Shown one piece after another: positions 1 to 7,755 of a stretch of 64,000 nucleotides of DNA. The DNA is from a virus, in IMG/VR virus record IMGVR_UViG_3300032313_000518, positions 1 to 64,000 of that record. One strand, given 5' to 3'. The notes under the pieces are model-generated. The model was given only the letters and a program-made list of their open reading frames with translations. It searched no databases and was not told the origin of the DNA. Both the position numbers and the translations under genes were made by a program. The stretch's first letter is position 1; every line of letters starts with the position of its first letter.

Positions 1-186
1 ATTAAGGCTGGAACACCAATCATTTGTTTTGAAAGATTCCGCATTCCATATCGTACTAAGGCCCAAAGGCAAGCGATTAGAGAGTTTATCGGATTGTATA
101 AGACTTCCGCTGTTGAGGAGGCCTTGGCAGCCGGAAGAGGTTTGGAAGCTGGTATTCCTTCTTATGTTTTAAAATTCATTTCTTAA
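1..186 (+). CDS. partial hypothetical protein (5' end outside window)
   Basis: Frame 1 is open from base 1 (IKAGTPIICFERFRIP...VLKFIS) to TAA at 184-186; codon style matches neighbouring early genes. Confidence 0.7.
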   Translation: MKAGTPIICFERFRIPYRTKAQRQAIREFIGLYKTSAVEEALAAGRGLEAGIPSYVLKFIS

Positions 187-198
187 CCCCCATTTATT

Positions 199-441
199 AT
201 GAGATATTCAGATAGTAAGATTACGGATTTAGTTAAGGTTGTTGGTGAGGAAACATCAGAGAACTTATCTCCAACCTTACGAGCGAAGCTGGTAGGTATC
301 AATGAGTATGCTGGTGTATGTACTATGGAGGTAGTTCCTTCTCCCTATCCAGCTCATTCATTCTCAGCTTCTAATAACCATAGAGCTGGTGAGAGGTATG
401 AGAGACCTTTAGAGTATGTATGGAACGCTTTCTTTTTTTAA
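199..441 (+). CDS. hypothetical early protein
   Basis: 80 aa ORF preceded by the recurring AACCCCC..TTATTATG leader. Confidence 0.75.
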   Translation: MRYSDSKITDLVKVVGEETSENLSPTLRAKLVGINEYAGVCTMEVVPSPYPAHSFSASNNHRAGERYERPLEYVWNAFFF

Positions 442-454
442 AAATAAATGAGAA

Positions 455-535
455 AAAGCTTGTTTATATCAGATTTTTTGCTTACCTTTATTAAGTGAGA
501 GAGAGACAGTTCTCCTCCTATTAACCCCCTTTGAT
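455..535 (+). promoter_or_regulatory. early promoter cassette (CTTG-N20-TACCTTTA, GAGAGA-GACAG-TTCTC hairpin, C-tract)
   Basis: CTTG 459-462, TACCTTTA 483-490; closely similar copies at 894, 9942 and 10216. Confidence 0.85.
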
Positions 536-742
536 ATGTATATTCCTAATTTGTCTTCTATGAGTGTTGTTGAGTATGTTGACTTCTTAGAGACTCGTTC
601 TCTTCATATGGGTATCGATGCTTTTGACTTGAATATTGAGTATGGTATCACTATGGGTATTATTAGTGATGAGAGATATGAAAGGGCTAAAGGTGAGTTA
701 CTTCGTAGATGGGCCAAAGGAGAAGTCTTTGGACATTCATAA
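536..742 (+). CDS. hypothetical early protein, paralog of 2116..2367
   Basis: Shared motif S..YV.F.E.R.....I.....N.EY.I..G..S..RYE.A. Confidence 0.75.
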   Translation: MYIPNLSSMSVVEYVDFLETRSLHMGIDAFDLNIEYGITMGIISDERYERAKGELLRRWAKGEVFGHS

Positions 743-791
743 GATATAGATTTGTTTGTTTTTTTGAGTTAATGATTTCGCCATTTTGTTT

Positions 792-820
792 AAACCCCTC
801 CGGTACTGCTGGTGGGGTTT
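792..820 (+). terminator. stem-loop, probable intrinsic terminator
   Basis: AAACCCC-T-CCGG...CTGG-T-GGGGTTT followed by GTTGT. Confidence 0.6.
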
Positions 821-887
821 GTTGTATGTGGAGGCCCCGGTAGCTACCGCAAAATAAATAATTGAAAAAAAAGCAAAAATAATTGTT

Positions 888-969
888 AAAAGGCTTGTTT
901 ATATCATAACTTTTACTTACCTTTATTATATGTGAGAGAGACAGTTCTCCACTTAAAACCCCCCTTATT
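888..969 (+). promoter_or_regulatory. early promoter cassette
   Basis: CTTG 894-897, 20 nt, TACCTTTA 918-925, GAGAGAGACAGTTCTC, AACCCCCC before ATG 970. Confidence 0.85.
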
Positions 970-1557
970 ATGGCTTCTGCTAAAAACACTACGAAATTTA
1001 TGTTAATGGGTATCACTTACGAATTACCCTCTGCTTGTTTAAGAACTACCAACTATTGGGGTGAGGCTCGTACCAACCCTATTATCACTATTGGGCGTAA
1101 GGAAGTTCCTCTGATGTTCAAACAATTTATGAAAGTTAAATATCCTAATATGTTAGTGTGGGGTAAATCCTCTACCTTCGCTAATGGTTCATCTTCTGAC
1201 TTGTATGCTTGTAACGCTGATGGTTCGGAGTTGGAATGGAGTTCTGAAGAGTATAAAGATATTTCTTCATTCTGTAATATGTTCAAAGGTGGACACTACG
1301 ATGGTATGCATGATTGTTATGAGTACGCTGAGAATGGTAAGAGTGATAACGGAACTGAATTAGAGTTCAACGCTAAGTATGTTTCCTTTAATGGTAAAGC
1401 CCCCTTCGGTACTTGGCCTGAAGCATTACGTTCTCTAAAGGGTATGTTGGCTGGAGAATATGTGTGGGGTGTGTTGACTGTGGAGAAAGCAATTGAGAAG
1501 TTAAAAGGATATTCCTACACCGAAGCTACCATCGCCAAAGCGGTGGCTAGCTTGTAA
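970..1557 (+). CDS. LPD29-like (large polyvalent protein-associated domain 29) early protein
   Basis: KYP..VW.KSSTFANGSSSDLY and FKGGHYDGMHDCYEY resemble LPD29 motifs (S.GSS.D / G.FDGM.D.YEY). Confidence 0.55.
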   Translation: MASAKNTTKFMLMGITYELPSACLRTTNYWGEARTNPIITIGRKEVPLMFKQFMKVKYPNMLVWGKSSTFANGSSSDLYACNADGSELEWSSEEYKDISSFCNMFKGGHYDGMHDCYEYAENGKSDNGTELEFNAKYVSFNGKAPFGTWPEALRSLKGMLAGEYVWGVLTVEKAIEKLKGYSYTEATIAKAVASL

Positions 1558-1598
1558 TCGGACACTAATAAAAATAAATTTACTTAAAACCCCTATAT

Positions 1599-1796
1599 AT
1601 GAAATACCCCAATGGTTACTTACCTAAAATTCAATACTACACTAAGGAGATAAACGAATTGTCATTCTCCCTTCAGTACGGAAACCCAAAATACATAGGG
1701 GGACTAACCACTAAATTAAACAGCCACCTACGGAAACTGGAATATTTTATCAAAAGACATTGTGAGGAGAGTGGAGGCATTGTGGGTGTGTTGTAG
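1599..1796 (+). CDS. hypothetical protein
   Basis: 65 aa ORF with AAAACCCC leader. Confidence 0.65.
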   Translation: MKYPNGYLPKIQYYTKEINELSFSLQYGNPKYIGGLTTKLNSHLRKLEYFIKRHCEESGGIVGVL

Positions 1797-1831
1797 TACT
1801 CTGCGGAGGCGGCTTGTCCAACACCTCCTAC

Positions 1832-1980
1832 CAGGGGGGGACTGGTTACTTGTAAAAGGTCTTACAACTTTTTTTTGACAGGGGGGCCCTTATCTCCTTT
1901 CGCCCCGAGCCTGGTTTTTTTCTATGGGGTTTACTTTTTTTGAGACAGAGTAGACTCTTGGTTTACCCTAAAGGGAAAGG
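1832..1980 (+). terminator. cluster of hairpins and T-tracts (tandem terminators or structured DNA)
   Basis: CCAG..CTGG; TTGTAA..TTACAA then a T-tract; CAGG..CCTG then a T-tract; AGAGT..ACTCT; CCCT..AGGG. Confidence 0.5.
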
Positions 1981-2036
1981 TTTTTAGATAGTACCTATCC
2001 AGCTAACCTATTTAATAAAATAAATTTACCTAAATG

Positions 2037-2068
2037 TTTGGAATTCTCATTTATTTTACTTACCTTTA
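2037..2068 (+). promoter_or_regulatory. early promoter TTTG-N20-TACCTTTA
   Basis: TTTG 2037-2040, TACCTTTA 2061-2068. Confidence 0.8.
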
Positions 2069-2115
2069 ATATGTGGTTGAGAGACAACAAACCTTCCCTC
2101 CCTCCACTCTATGAT

Positions 2116-2367
2116 ATGAAAAATGGATTAGATTTAAAACCATCAACAATTAAACGTCTTTCATTAGAACGTTACGTTGAGTTTATTGAAAAGAGAGCAA
2201 AAGCATTCCATATAACACCTAAACGAGCCAATTCCGAATACTATATAAATGAAGGTGTGGTTTCCTATGATAGATATGAAGAGGCTATGGAGTTGATTCA
2301 AAAACGGATTAACGTTAGGAACTCAATGGCAATATCGGATTACATTGATTTTCAAATAGGAAGATAA
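2116..2367 (+). CDS. hypothetical early protein, paralog of 536..742
   Basis: Start moved to ATG 2116, downstream of the promoter; aligns with 536..742. Confidence 0.7.
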   Translation: MKNGLDLKPSTIKRLSLERYVEFIEKRAKAFHITPKRANSEYYINEGVVSYDRYEEAMELIQKRINVRNSMAISDYIDFQIGR

Positions 2368-2372
2368 AAGAT

Positions 2373-2492
2373 ATGAACAAAGAAATGGATTTTGTATTAA
2401 AGGTAAATGGGCAATACCTCATACTAACATCTCTTCAATATGAGAAGTGGTTGATGTATGGGACATTACCAAAAGAACAAATTAACAAATAG
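2373..2492 (+). CDS. small hypothetical protein (39 aa)
   Basis: MNKEMDFVLKVNGQYLILTSLQYEKWLMYGTLPKEQINK; AAGATATG start context like its neighbours. Confidence 0.5.
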   Translation: MNKEMDFVLKVNGQYLILTSLQYEKWLMYGTLPKEQINK

Positions 2493-2505
2493 ATATGAAT
2501 AATAC

Positions 2506-2606
2506 AGTCAGGTGGCGGAATTGGTAGACGCATAAGACATTACATATATGTCGAAGAACAGGTCACTAGGTGATACTTCATACAGGTTCGAGTCCTGTCC
2601 TGACTA
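2506..2606 (+). ncRNA. tRNA-like RNA (Leu-type D arm, acceptor stem and T arm; aberrant, enlarged anticodon/variable region)
   Basis: AGTCAGG/CCTGACT acceptor stem, GCG-GAATTGGTAGA-CGC D arm, ACAGG-TTCGAGT-CCTGT T arm; 101 nt; GACAT-TACATAT-ATGTC hairpin lacks U33; no encoded CCA. Confidence 0.8.
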
Positions 2607-2701
2607 CGAGGTTCAATCCATACATGGGTTTTGTGTATTGTATGGTGTGAGGTTTAGTAACACGTAAGTGCCCTTCTATATTAGATAAAAATGCACGCTA
2701 T

Positions 2702-2814
2702 AGTCAGGTGGCGGAATTGGTAAGACGCTGCTCGTAGAGAGTTGATTGGTTCTGTTCGATTCAGACGTTGGAAATGGTGTTCCACAAATATAGGTTCGAA
2801 TCCTGTCCTGACTA
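2702..2814 (+). ncRNA. tRNA-like RNA with three internal hairpins in place of the anticodon/variable arms
   Basis: Same acceptor stem and near-identical D/T arms as 2506 copy; 113 nt; internal CTC/GAG, TCTG/CAGA and TGGAA/TTCCA stems. Confidence 0.8.
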
Positions 2815-2833
2815 CAATTAATAAATAAAAGAT

Positions 2834-3070
2834 ATGAATACATTAGAAATAGTTGGTTACTTCGCAATGGGTATGAGTGTACTCTCCTTTGCGTTCTCTA
2901 AACAAAAGCTGGTTCGGATAGTAAACTTCTTTGCCTGCTTAGTTTGGGTTTGGTATGGGTTTCTAATTCAGAATAACCCTACTATCATTGTAAACGTTAT
3001 GGTATCGATGGTACACCTCTATTGGTTTATTAATCGTTGGTGTAGAATCAGTAAGTTAAATCGTAAATAG
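2834..3070 (+). CDS. small 3-TM membrane protein (YgjV / PQ-loop-like)
   Basis: IVGYFA..SVLSF...VRIVN..AC..WVWYGFLI...P.II.N pattern. Confidence 0.6.
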   Translation: MNTLEIVGYFAMGMSVLSFAFSKQKLVRIVNFFACLVWVWYGFLIQNNPTIIVNVMVSMVHLYWFINRWCRISKLNRK

Positions 3071-3073
3071 GAT

Positions 3074-3361
3074 ATGCTAACGATACATAATTACAAAAAG
3101 CTGGAAGGCCAAAAGACCGGAGTAGGTAATTGGTATGTTGGTGCTATCTGGGAACAAAATAAAGAGTATGCAATAAACCTACGCTCACCCGAACACCAAG
3201 AGACTGTATATCTAAGTAGGATTGCTAAAGAATATCCCGATGGTAGGAAGGTGTACCAATACTATGATAGATTGGGTAGTGTTACTCTACGGAGTGTAAC
3301 CATTGATTTTATAAAAACTCAATCTAACTTATTACGTTCACTTAAATCATTTTGTTTATAG
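3074..3361 (+). CDS. MLTIxN-family paralog 1
   Basis: Begins MLTIHNYKKL; shares W/Y/R pattern with other members. Confidence 0.8.
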   Translation: MLTIHNYKKLEGQKTGVGNWYVGAIWEQNKEYAINLRSPEHQETVYLSRIAKEYPDGRKVYQYYDRLGSVTLRSVTIDFIKTQSNLLRSLKSFCL

Positions 3362-3365
3362 GATT

Positions 3366-3656
3366 ATGCTAACGATACGGAACTACCATAGATTATGTGA
3401 TAAACCCATTGGAGGGGATGGATGGAAAGTCCTATTTTGTGCGGAGGGGGATAACCACTACGAAATTAAATTAGTGTGTGTGGGTAAAACATCCGTAACT
3501 ATATTTTTGGAACGTAACGCCGAAAGGGCAAACGATGGTAGGATGGCATATATGTTTAAGGATAGGGATGGTGAGGGAGATAGTGTGGGTGTAACTGCGG
3601 ATTGGATTGCGGATATGGATAACATGCTAAAGATATTAGACGGATTTACATTTTAA
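3366..3656 (+). CDS. MLTIxN-family paralog 2
   Basis: Begins MLTIRNYHRL; aligns end to end with paralog 1 (DGR..Y...DR.G...VT.D.I). Confidence 0.8.
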   Translation: MLTIRNYHRLCDKPIGGDGWKVLFCAEGDNHYEIKLVCVGKTSVTIFLERNAERANDGRMAYMFKDRDGEGDSVGVTADWIADMDNMLKILDGFTF

Positions 3657-3659
3657 GAT

Positions 3660-4181
3660 ATGAAACAACGAAAGAAGAGTTTTAAAGAGTTATTGGATTA
3701 CATATGTGAATCCAAAATCATGTTGGAACAAAACCCAAATCTATATAGGTTTATTATAGATGGGGTTCGAAACAACATATTCTATATGACATCTACCAAT
3801 GAGTTCTTTACCGGAAAATATTCCTTTGAAGCCTTTGACTGGATACGAAGTGGGGGTAAGATATCGGAGTTGTGTAAGGAGCATCACTATTCTCTAAAGC
3901 GATTGTGTACCGAAATTATGTATTCAAACCTAAGTAGGGATGTGATATCGGATATGATTAAATCCAAAGGAACATTTAACCTAACTACAAAGGATGAGAA
4001 TCATATACTAAAAAGAAATAGACAATCTTATGAAAAGAGCGAAATTACTATAAATACATACAATGGTTGGTTGTGTAAGGAATTGGGTTCATATCCATCA
4101 ACCGAAACGGAGTATGTAGATTCCATACCTGAAATGTATGTTGATTGGATTGAAGAAAAACGAGATACAAGATTCTGGTAA
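3660..4181 (+). CDS. hypothetical protein inserted in paralog array (possible HNH-like nuclease)
   Basis: 173 aa; KEHHY...TTKDENHILK weakly resembles a His-Me nuclease core. Confidence 0.55.
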   Translation: MKQRKKSFKELLDYICESKIMLEQNPNLYRFIIDGVRNNIFYMTSTNEFFTGKYSFEAFDWIRSGGKISELCKEHHYSLKRLCTEIMYSNLSRDVISDMIKSKGTFNLTTKDENHILKRNRQSYEKSEITINTYNGWLCKELGSYPSTETEYVDSIPEMYVDWIEEKRDTRFW

Positions 4182-4182
4182 C

Positions 4183-4500
4183 ATGCTAACCATAAAGAAC
4201 TACAAAAAGATAAAGGATACCGAATTTAGTGTTGGCTTCACCGGTTGGGTGGTAGCCGATATTAGAGAAGAACCTGCATTCTATAAGATAGGGTTTTTCC
4301 CTAAAGTAGATGGGGTATTCGCAATCCATAAGGTAGAGTGGTTATACATATGGAGAAACCTAAGTGAGAATGGGTATGAGTATCAAATTGATTGTATAGG
4401 TTTACCTCTTAGGAAATGGGCGATTCATTATCAATACTTAAAAGACCCAAAAGAATTGATTTACTTTCTTTCAAAACGAATCTTATATAAGTTATGCTAA
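4183..4500 (+). CDS. MLTIxN-family paralog 3
   Basis: Start corrected to ATG 4183 (MLTIKNYKKI). Confidence 0.8.
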   Translation: MLTIKNYKKIKDTEFSVGFTGWVVADIREEPAFYKIGFFPKVDGVFAIHKVEWLYIWRNLSENGYEYQIDCIGLPLRKWAIHYQYLKDPKELIYFLSKRILYKLC

Positions 4501-4844
4501 GGATACAAAATAAGAATAAGTTGGTTGGGGAATCGTTGGTGGTTACGGATGCGGATGGTAATCTAATTGTGTGGATAATTGAAGGAGTGCATGATTATGG
4601 ACCCGATGGTCATTATCAAATCCTATTAAGAACATCCGGCCCACAAGCGAATAAGGTATTCATACTATCCAAGGAGGAGGGGTTTGTGGAGGGAAACGCT
4701 AACTATAAGATTAAGGATGCATTTGAACCATTCAATTCGGTTTGGGTCAATTACTCTAACATAGCTAATATATCATCTATGGTAAGAACATTAAGACGAA
4801 TTATATCACATGCTAACAATCCAAAACGTTCGAAGAGATATTGA
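4494..4844 (+). CDS. MLTIxN-family paralog 4
   Basis: Begins MLRIQNKNKL. Confidence 0.75.
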   Translation: MLRIQNKNKLVGESLVVTDADGNLIVWIIEGVHDYGPDGHYQILLRTSGPQANKVFILSKEEGFVEGNANYKIKDAFEPFNSVWVNYSNIANISSMVRTLRRIISHANNPKRSKRY

Positions 4845-5148
4845 TTATAAGGATGGGTATCAAATTGATGAATTCCAATTGATAGATGGGGGATTATCCG
4901 GCGCTTCTTCTGGGAATTTGGAGAATCCATTCTACACTTTCTATTGGTCTATGTGGGATGATAAGAGACGATTTAAGGTGGTAGTGAAGAGGGAGCCGAT
5001 AGATGAGGTGTACTATCATCTTTGGATTGAGGATTTAAGAATGGATGTTAGGATTCACAATGTTCGGGTTAAGAGTAGCTTGTTTACGGATAGGGAAAGG
5101 TTCTATAAGTGGATGGTGGATAGGATTAGTGATTCACTATCAAATTAA
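4810..5148 (+). CDS. MLTIxN-family paralog 5
   Basis: Begins MLTIQNVRRD. Confidence 0.75.
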   Translation: MLTIQNVRRDIDYKDGYQIDEFQLIDGGLSGASSGNLENPFYTFYWSMWDDKRRFKVVVKREPIDEVYYHLWIEDLRMDVRIHNVRVKSSLFTDRERFYKWMVDRISDSLSN

Positions 5149-5210
5149 ACGTTTACCAAAAAAATCTTAAATTCGACACGAAGGAGAGTGGGTGATATAA
5201 TTAAACTGAT

Positions 5211-5555
5211 ATGCTAACAATAAAGAACATTAAATCACTAAAAGGAACTCAATGTAATGGGTGGATAATTAAATTTATTAGTGAAGGTATCTATTTATAC
5301 GATGATGATGATTTGAACATTATTCAAACGGAATACTATTCGATTACATTTGTATCGGGGTTGGGTTCGAACATAGGTAGGATACTCATTGGTAGAGAAT
5401 ACGATACAGCGTATAAAACACAATATAGGTATATACTTTATTTGAATCAAAAGAAGTTCGATACCGGTGGGATAAGTAAATATGGGTTGCAAGATAAGGA
5501 TGGGTTTATCCAATCCGTAGTAGATACATTGGATTATCAATTAAAAAATAAATAA
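5211..5555 (+). CDS. MLTIxN-family paralog 6
   Basis: Begins MLTIKNIKSLKG..NGW. Confidence 0.8.
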   Translation: MLTIKNIKSLKGTQCNGWIIKFISEGIYLYDDDDLNIIQTEYYSITFVSGLGSNIGRILIGREYDTAYKTQYRYILYLNQKKFDTGGISKYGLQDKDGFIQSVVDTLDYQLKNK

Positions 5556-5680
5556 GATATGAAACCATTTTTAAACAATTTACTATTACTATCATCTATT
5601 ACCTTTATATGGGTAATGGTATTTCCATTTTGGGTTATTAAAGAAATTATATTTAGAATTAAAAACAATAAACATACGCT

Positions 5681-5944
5681 ATGAAAGAATTTAAAGATTT
5701 AGAATTTAAGGAATTACCCGATGGTAGTGGTATATACTCCCGCACTATGTTTAAAAACGGATTTGGTTCAAGTGTAATAAGACACAAATACTCATATGGA
5801 GGAAAGGATGGATTGTATGAGTTAGCAGTATTGGATACCGATGGTGAATTACATTACGATAATCCAGTTGCCGAAGGTGATGTACATGGTTATTTAACTG
5901 AAGATGATGTTACCGAATTACTAAAGAGAATCCAGCTACTATAA
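5681..5944 (+). CDS. conserved phage hypothetical protein
   Basis: FKNGFGSSVIRH.YSYGG..GLYELAVL motif, common in phage small proteins. Confidence 0.75.
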   Translation: MKEFKDLEFKELPDGSGIYSRTMFKNGFGSSVIRHKYSYGGKDGLYELAVLDTDGELHYDNPVAEGDVHGYLTEDDVTELLKRIQLL

Positions 5945-5945
5945 A

Positions 5946-6326
5946 ATGCTAACAATACAAAACTTTGAGGAACGATTGACTCCTTTAATTTTCAAAGCCA
6001 GCTTTTTAGGTTGGTACATAATGGATGCAGTTGAAATATACAATGATTACTATCTTATACAATTACAAAAGAATTCGACAGATGATTTTAATTGGGTTGC
6101 TCTTTGGTTAGATAAAGAGGTTGATACCGATTTTCCAAATGATGATGATTCCGATGGTATGTATAAACTTAAATTTGTAGGTGAAGATGGGATAGTTATA
6201 TACGAACATTGGTTATCTCATAAATGGTTAAAGAAAACAACCGCCATCGGATTTATGAATAAGATGGCTAATATTATTGAGAGTTTTGTAATTAAACATC
6301 CAAACAATAAATGGCCAGTAGTATGA
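5946..6326 (+). CDS. MLTIxN-family paralog 7
   Basis: Begins MLTIQNFEER...GWYI. Confidence 0.75.
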   Translation: MLTIQNFEERLTPLIFKASFLGWYIMDAVEIYNDYYLIQLQKNSTDDFNWVALWLDKEVDTDFPNDDDSDGMYKLKFVGEDGIVIYEHWLSHKWLKKTTAIGFMNKMANIIESFVIKHPNNKWPVV

Positions 6327-6610
6327 AACTAACTATAAAGAACTACGATAAGATTATAGGTTGTGTTGTGGGTAAGTACCAAGTTGCACAAGTCAGACAA
6401 TTGAGTAAGTTGTATGAGATTGCCTTTAGAGGTAAGAATCGAAGATACCATAAGATTGTAACCATATATAGAGAACCATTGGAGGAATACGAACAATCAG
6501 TTTACAAAGTAGTATGTAGTGGTAGGTGGACAACTATTTGGAATATTACATTAAAGGATAAGATTGCTACCTTACAATATATTTCACATTGGCTTGAAAA
6601 TTTATTGTAA
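6323..6610 (+). CDS. MLTIxN-family paralog 8
   Basis: Start corrected to ATG 6323 (MKLTIKNYDKI), ATGA overlap with previous stop. Confidence 0.75.
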   Translation: MKLTIKNYDKIIGCVVGKYQVAQVRQLSKLYEIAFRGKNRRYHKIVTIYREPLEEYEQSVYKVVCSGRWTTIWNITLKDKIATLQYISHWLENLL

Positions 6611-6614
6611 ATAA

Positions 6615-6646
6615 TTAGGAAATGTGGGTTTTTTTACTTACCTTTA
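6615..6646 (+). promoter_or_regulatory. early promoter TTAG-N20-TACCTTTA
   Basis: TTAG 6615-6618, TACCTTTA 6639-6646; C-tract before ATG 6672. Confidence 0.8.
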
Positions 6647-6671
6647 TTCTATAATTAAAACCCCCAATAGT

Positions 6672-7334
6672 ATGAAGATTATTTTGAATAAAGGTCAAAA
6701 GTTGTGGTTCACTTCCGATACCCACTTTAATCACTCAAATATTTGTAGAGGCACTACCGAATGGGATAAGAGCAAACCGAATCACTTTAGAGATTTCTAT
6801 ACTTTGGGTGAGATGAACGATAGGTTAGTTGCTGGTATCAATGCAGCAGTTGGTGAGAACGATATTTTATTCCACTTAGGAGATTGGTCTTTTGGTGGGT
6901 TCGAATCTATTAGAGAGTTTCGTAGCAGATTGAATTGTAAGAACATCCATTTAGTATTAGGAAACCACGACCACCACATTGGAAGAAATAAAGATGGGGT
7001 GCAGGATTGTTTCATTAGTGTAAACCATTTAGTTAATTTAGTTGTTAAGTGGAATATAGGAACTCTAAATCAAAAGGAAGCACAATTTGTGTTGATGCAC
7101 TTTCCAATTGCTAGTTGGGAAAATTTAGGTAAAGGTGTTATTCACTTACATGGACACGTTCACTTACCTAACCATCGTAGAGTTGGTAGTGGTAAAATTA
7201 TGGATGTGGGAGTTGATGGAAATGGGTTGAATCCAATCAGTTTAGAGGAGGTATTGAGTATTATGGAGAAACAACCAATCGGTAGTATGATGCCAAATGA
7301 CCACCACACTATTGTAGAAAATTATTTAAGATAA
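6672..7334 (+). CDS. calcineurin-like metallophosphoesterase
   Basis: SDTHFNH, HLGDW, GNHD, HLHGHVH, DVGVD motifs; start corrected to 6672. Confidence 0.9.
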   Translation: MKIILNKGQKLWFTSDTHFNHSNICRGTTEWDKSKPNHFRDFYTLGEMNDRLVAGINAAVGENDILFHLGDWSFGGFESIREFRSRLNCKNIHLVLGNHDHHIGRNKDGVQDCFISVNHLVNLVVKWNIGTLNQKEAQFVLMHFPIASWENLGKGVIHLHGHVHLPNHRRVGSGKIMDVGVDGNGLNPISLEEVLSIMEKQPIGSMMPNDHHTIVENYLR

Positions 7335-7338
7335 AATT

Positions 7339-7755
7339 ATGATACCAAAAATATTAACATTAGTAAGAGGATTGCCAGGTAGTGGTAAATCAACATTCGC
7401 CAATACTATTACAAATAAATTTTCAATATGTGAAGCTGATAAGTTTTTTTATGATAAGGAAGGTAACTATAACTTTGATGGTTCTAAATTGAGGCAAGCG
7501 CATGAATGGTGTAGAAACCAAGTTGAGACTCGTATGAAAGATAACCAATTAAATCCTCAATTTTATCCAGAGATTGTAGTATCAAATACATTTACGCAAG
7601 AGTGGGAAATGGAAGCATACTATAAGTTAGCAGAACAATACGGATATAAAGTATTCAGTATTATTGTTGAGAATAGACATGGTGGTGTGAATGAGCACGG
7701 AGTACCTGCTGATAAGTTAGAACAAATGCGTAATAGATTTGAAGTAAAATTATGA
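7339..7755 (+). CDS. P-loop kinase (polynucleotide kinase / AAA_33-like)
   Basis: RGLPGSGKST Walker A; EAD; AHEWC; VVSNTFTQ.WEM; HGVP. Confidence 0.85.
   Translation: MIPKILTLVRGLPGSGKSTFANTITNKFSICEADKFFYDKEGNYNFDGSKLRQAHEWCRNQVETRMKDNQLNPQFYPEIVVSNTFTQEWEMEAYYKLAEQYGYKVFSIIVENRHGGVNEHGVPADKLEQMRNRFEVKL

Noticed and set aside
2506-2814. Calling the RNAs tRNA-Met(CAT) or tRNA-Leu, or intron-containing tRNAs
   Set aside because: The CAT loop lacks U33 and is offset from the D arm; copy 2 has no 7-nt anticodon loop; inserts are too short for group I introns and I saw no bulge-helix-bulge
3074-6610. Integron cassette array or diversity-generating retroelement behind the MLTI genes
   Set aside because: No attC-like palindromes between genes (several overlap), no integrase or reverse transcriptase in the window, and no TR/VR pair differing only at adenines
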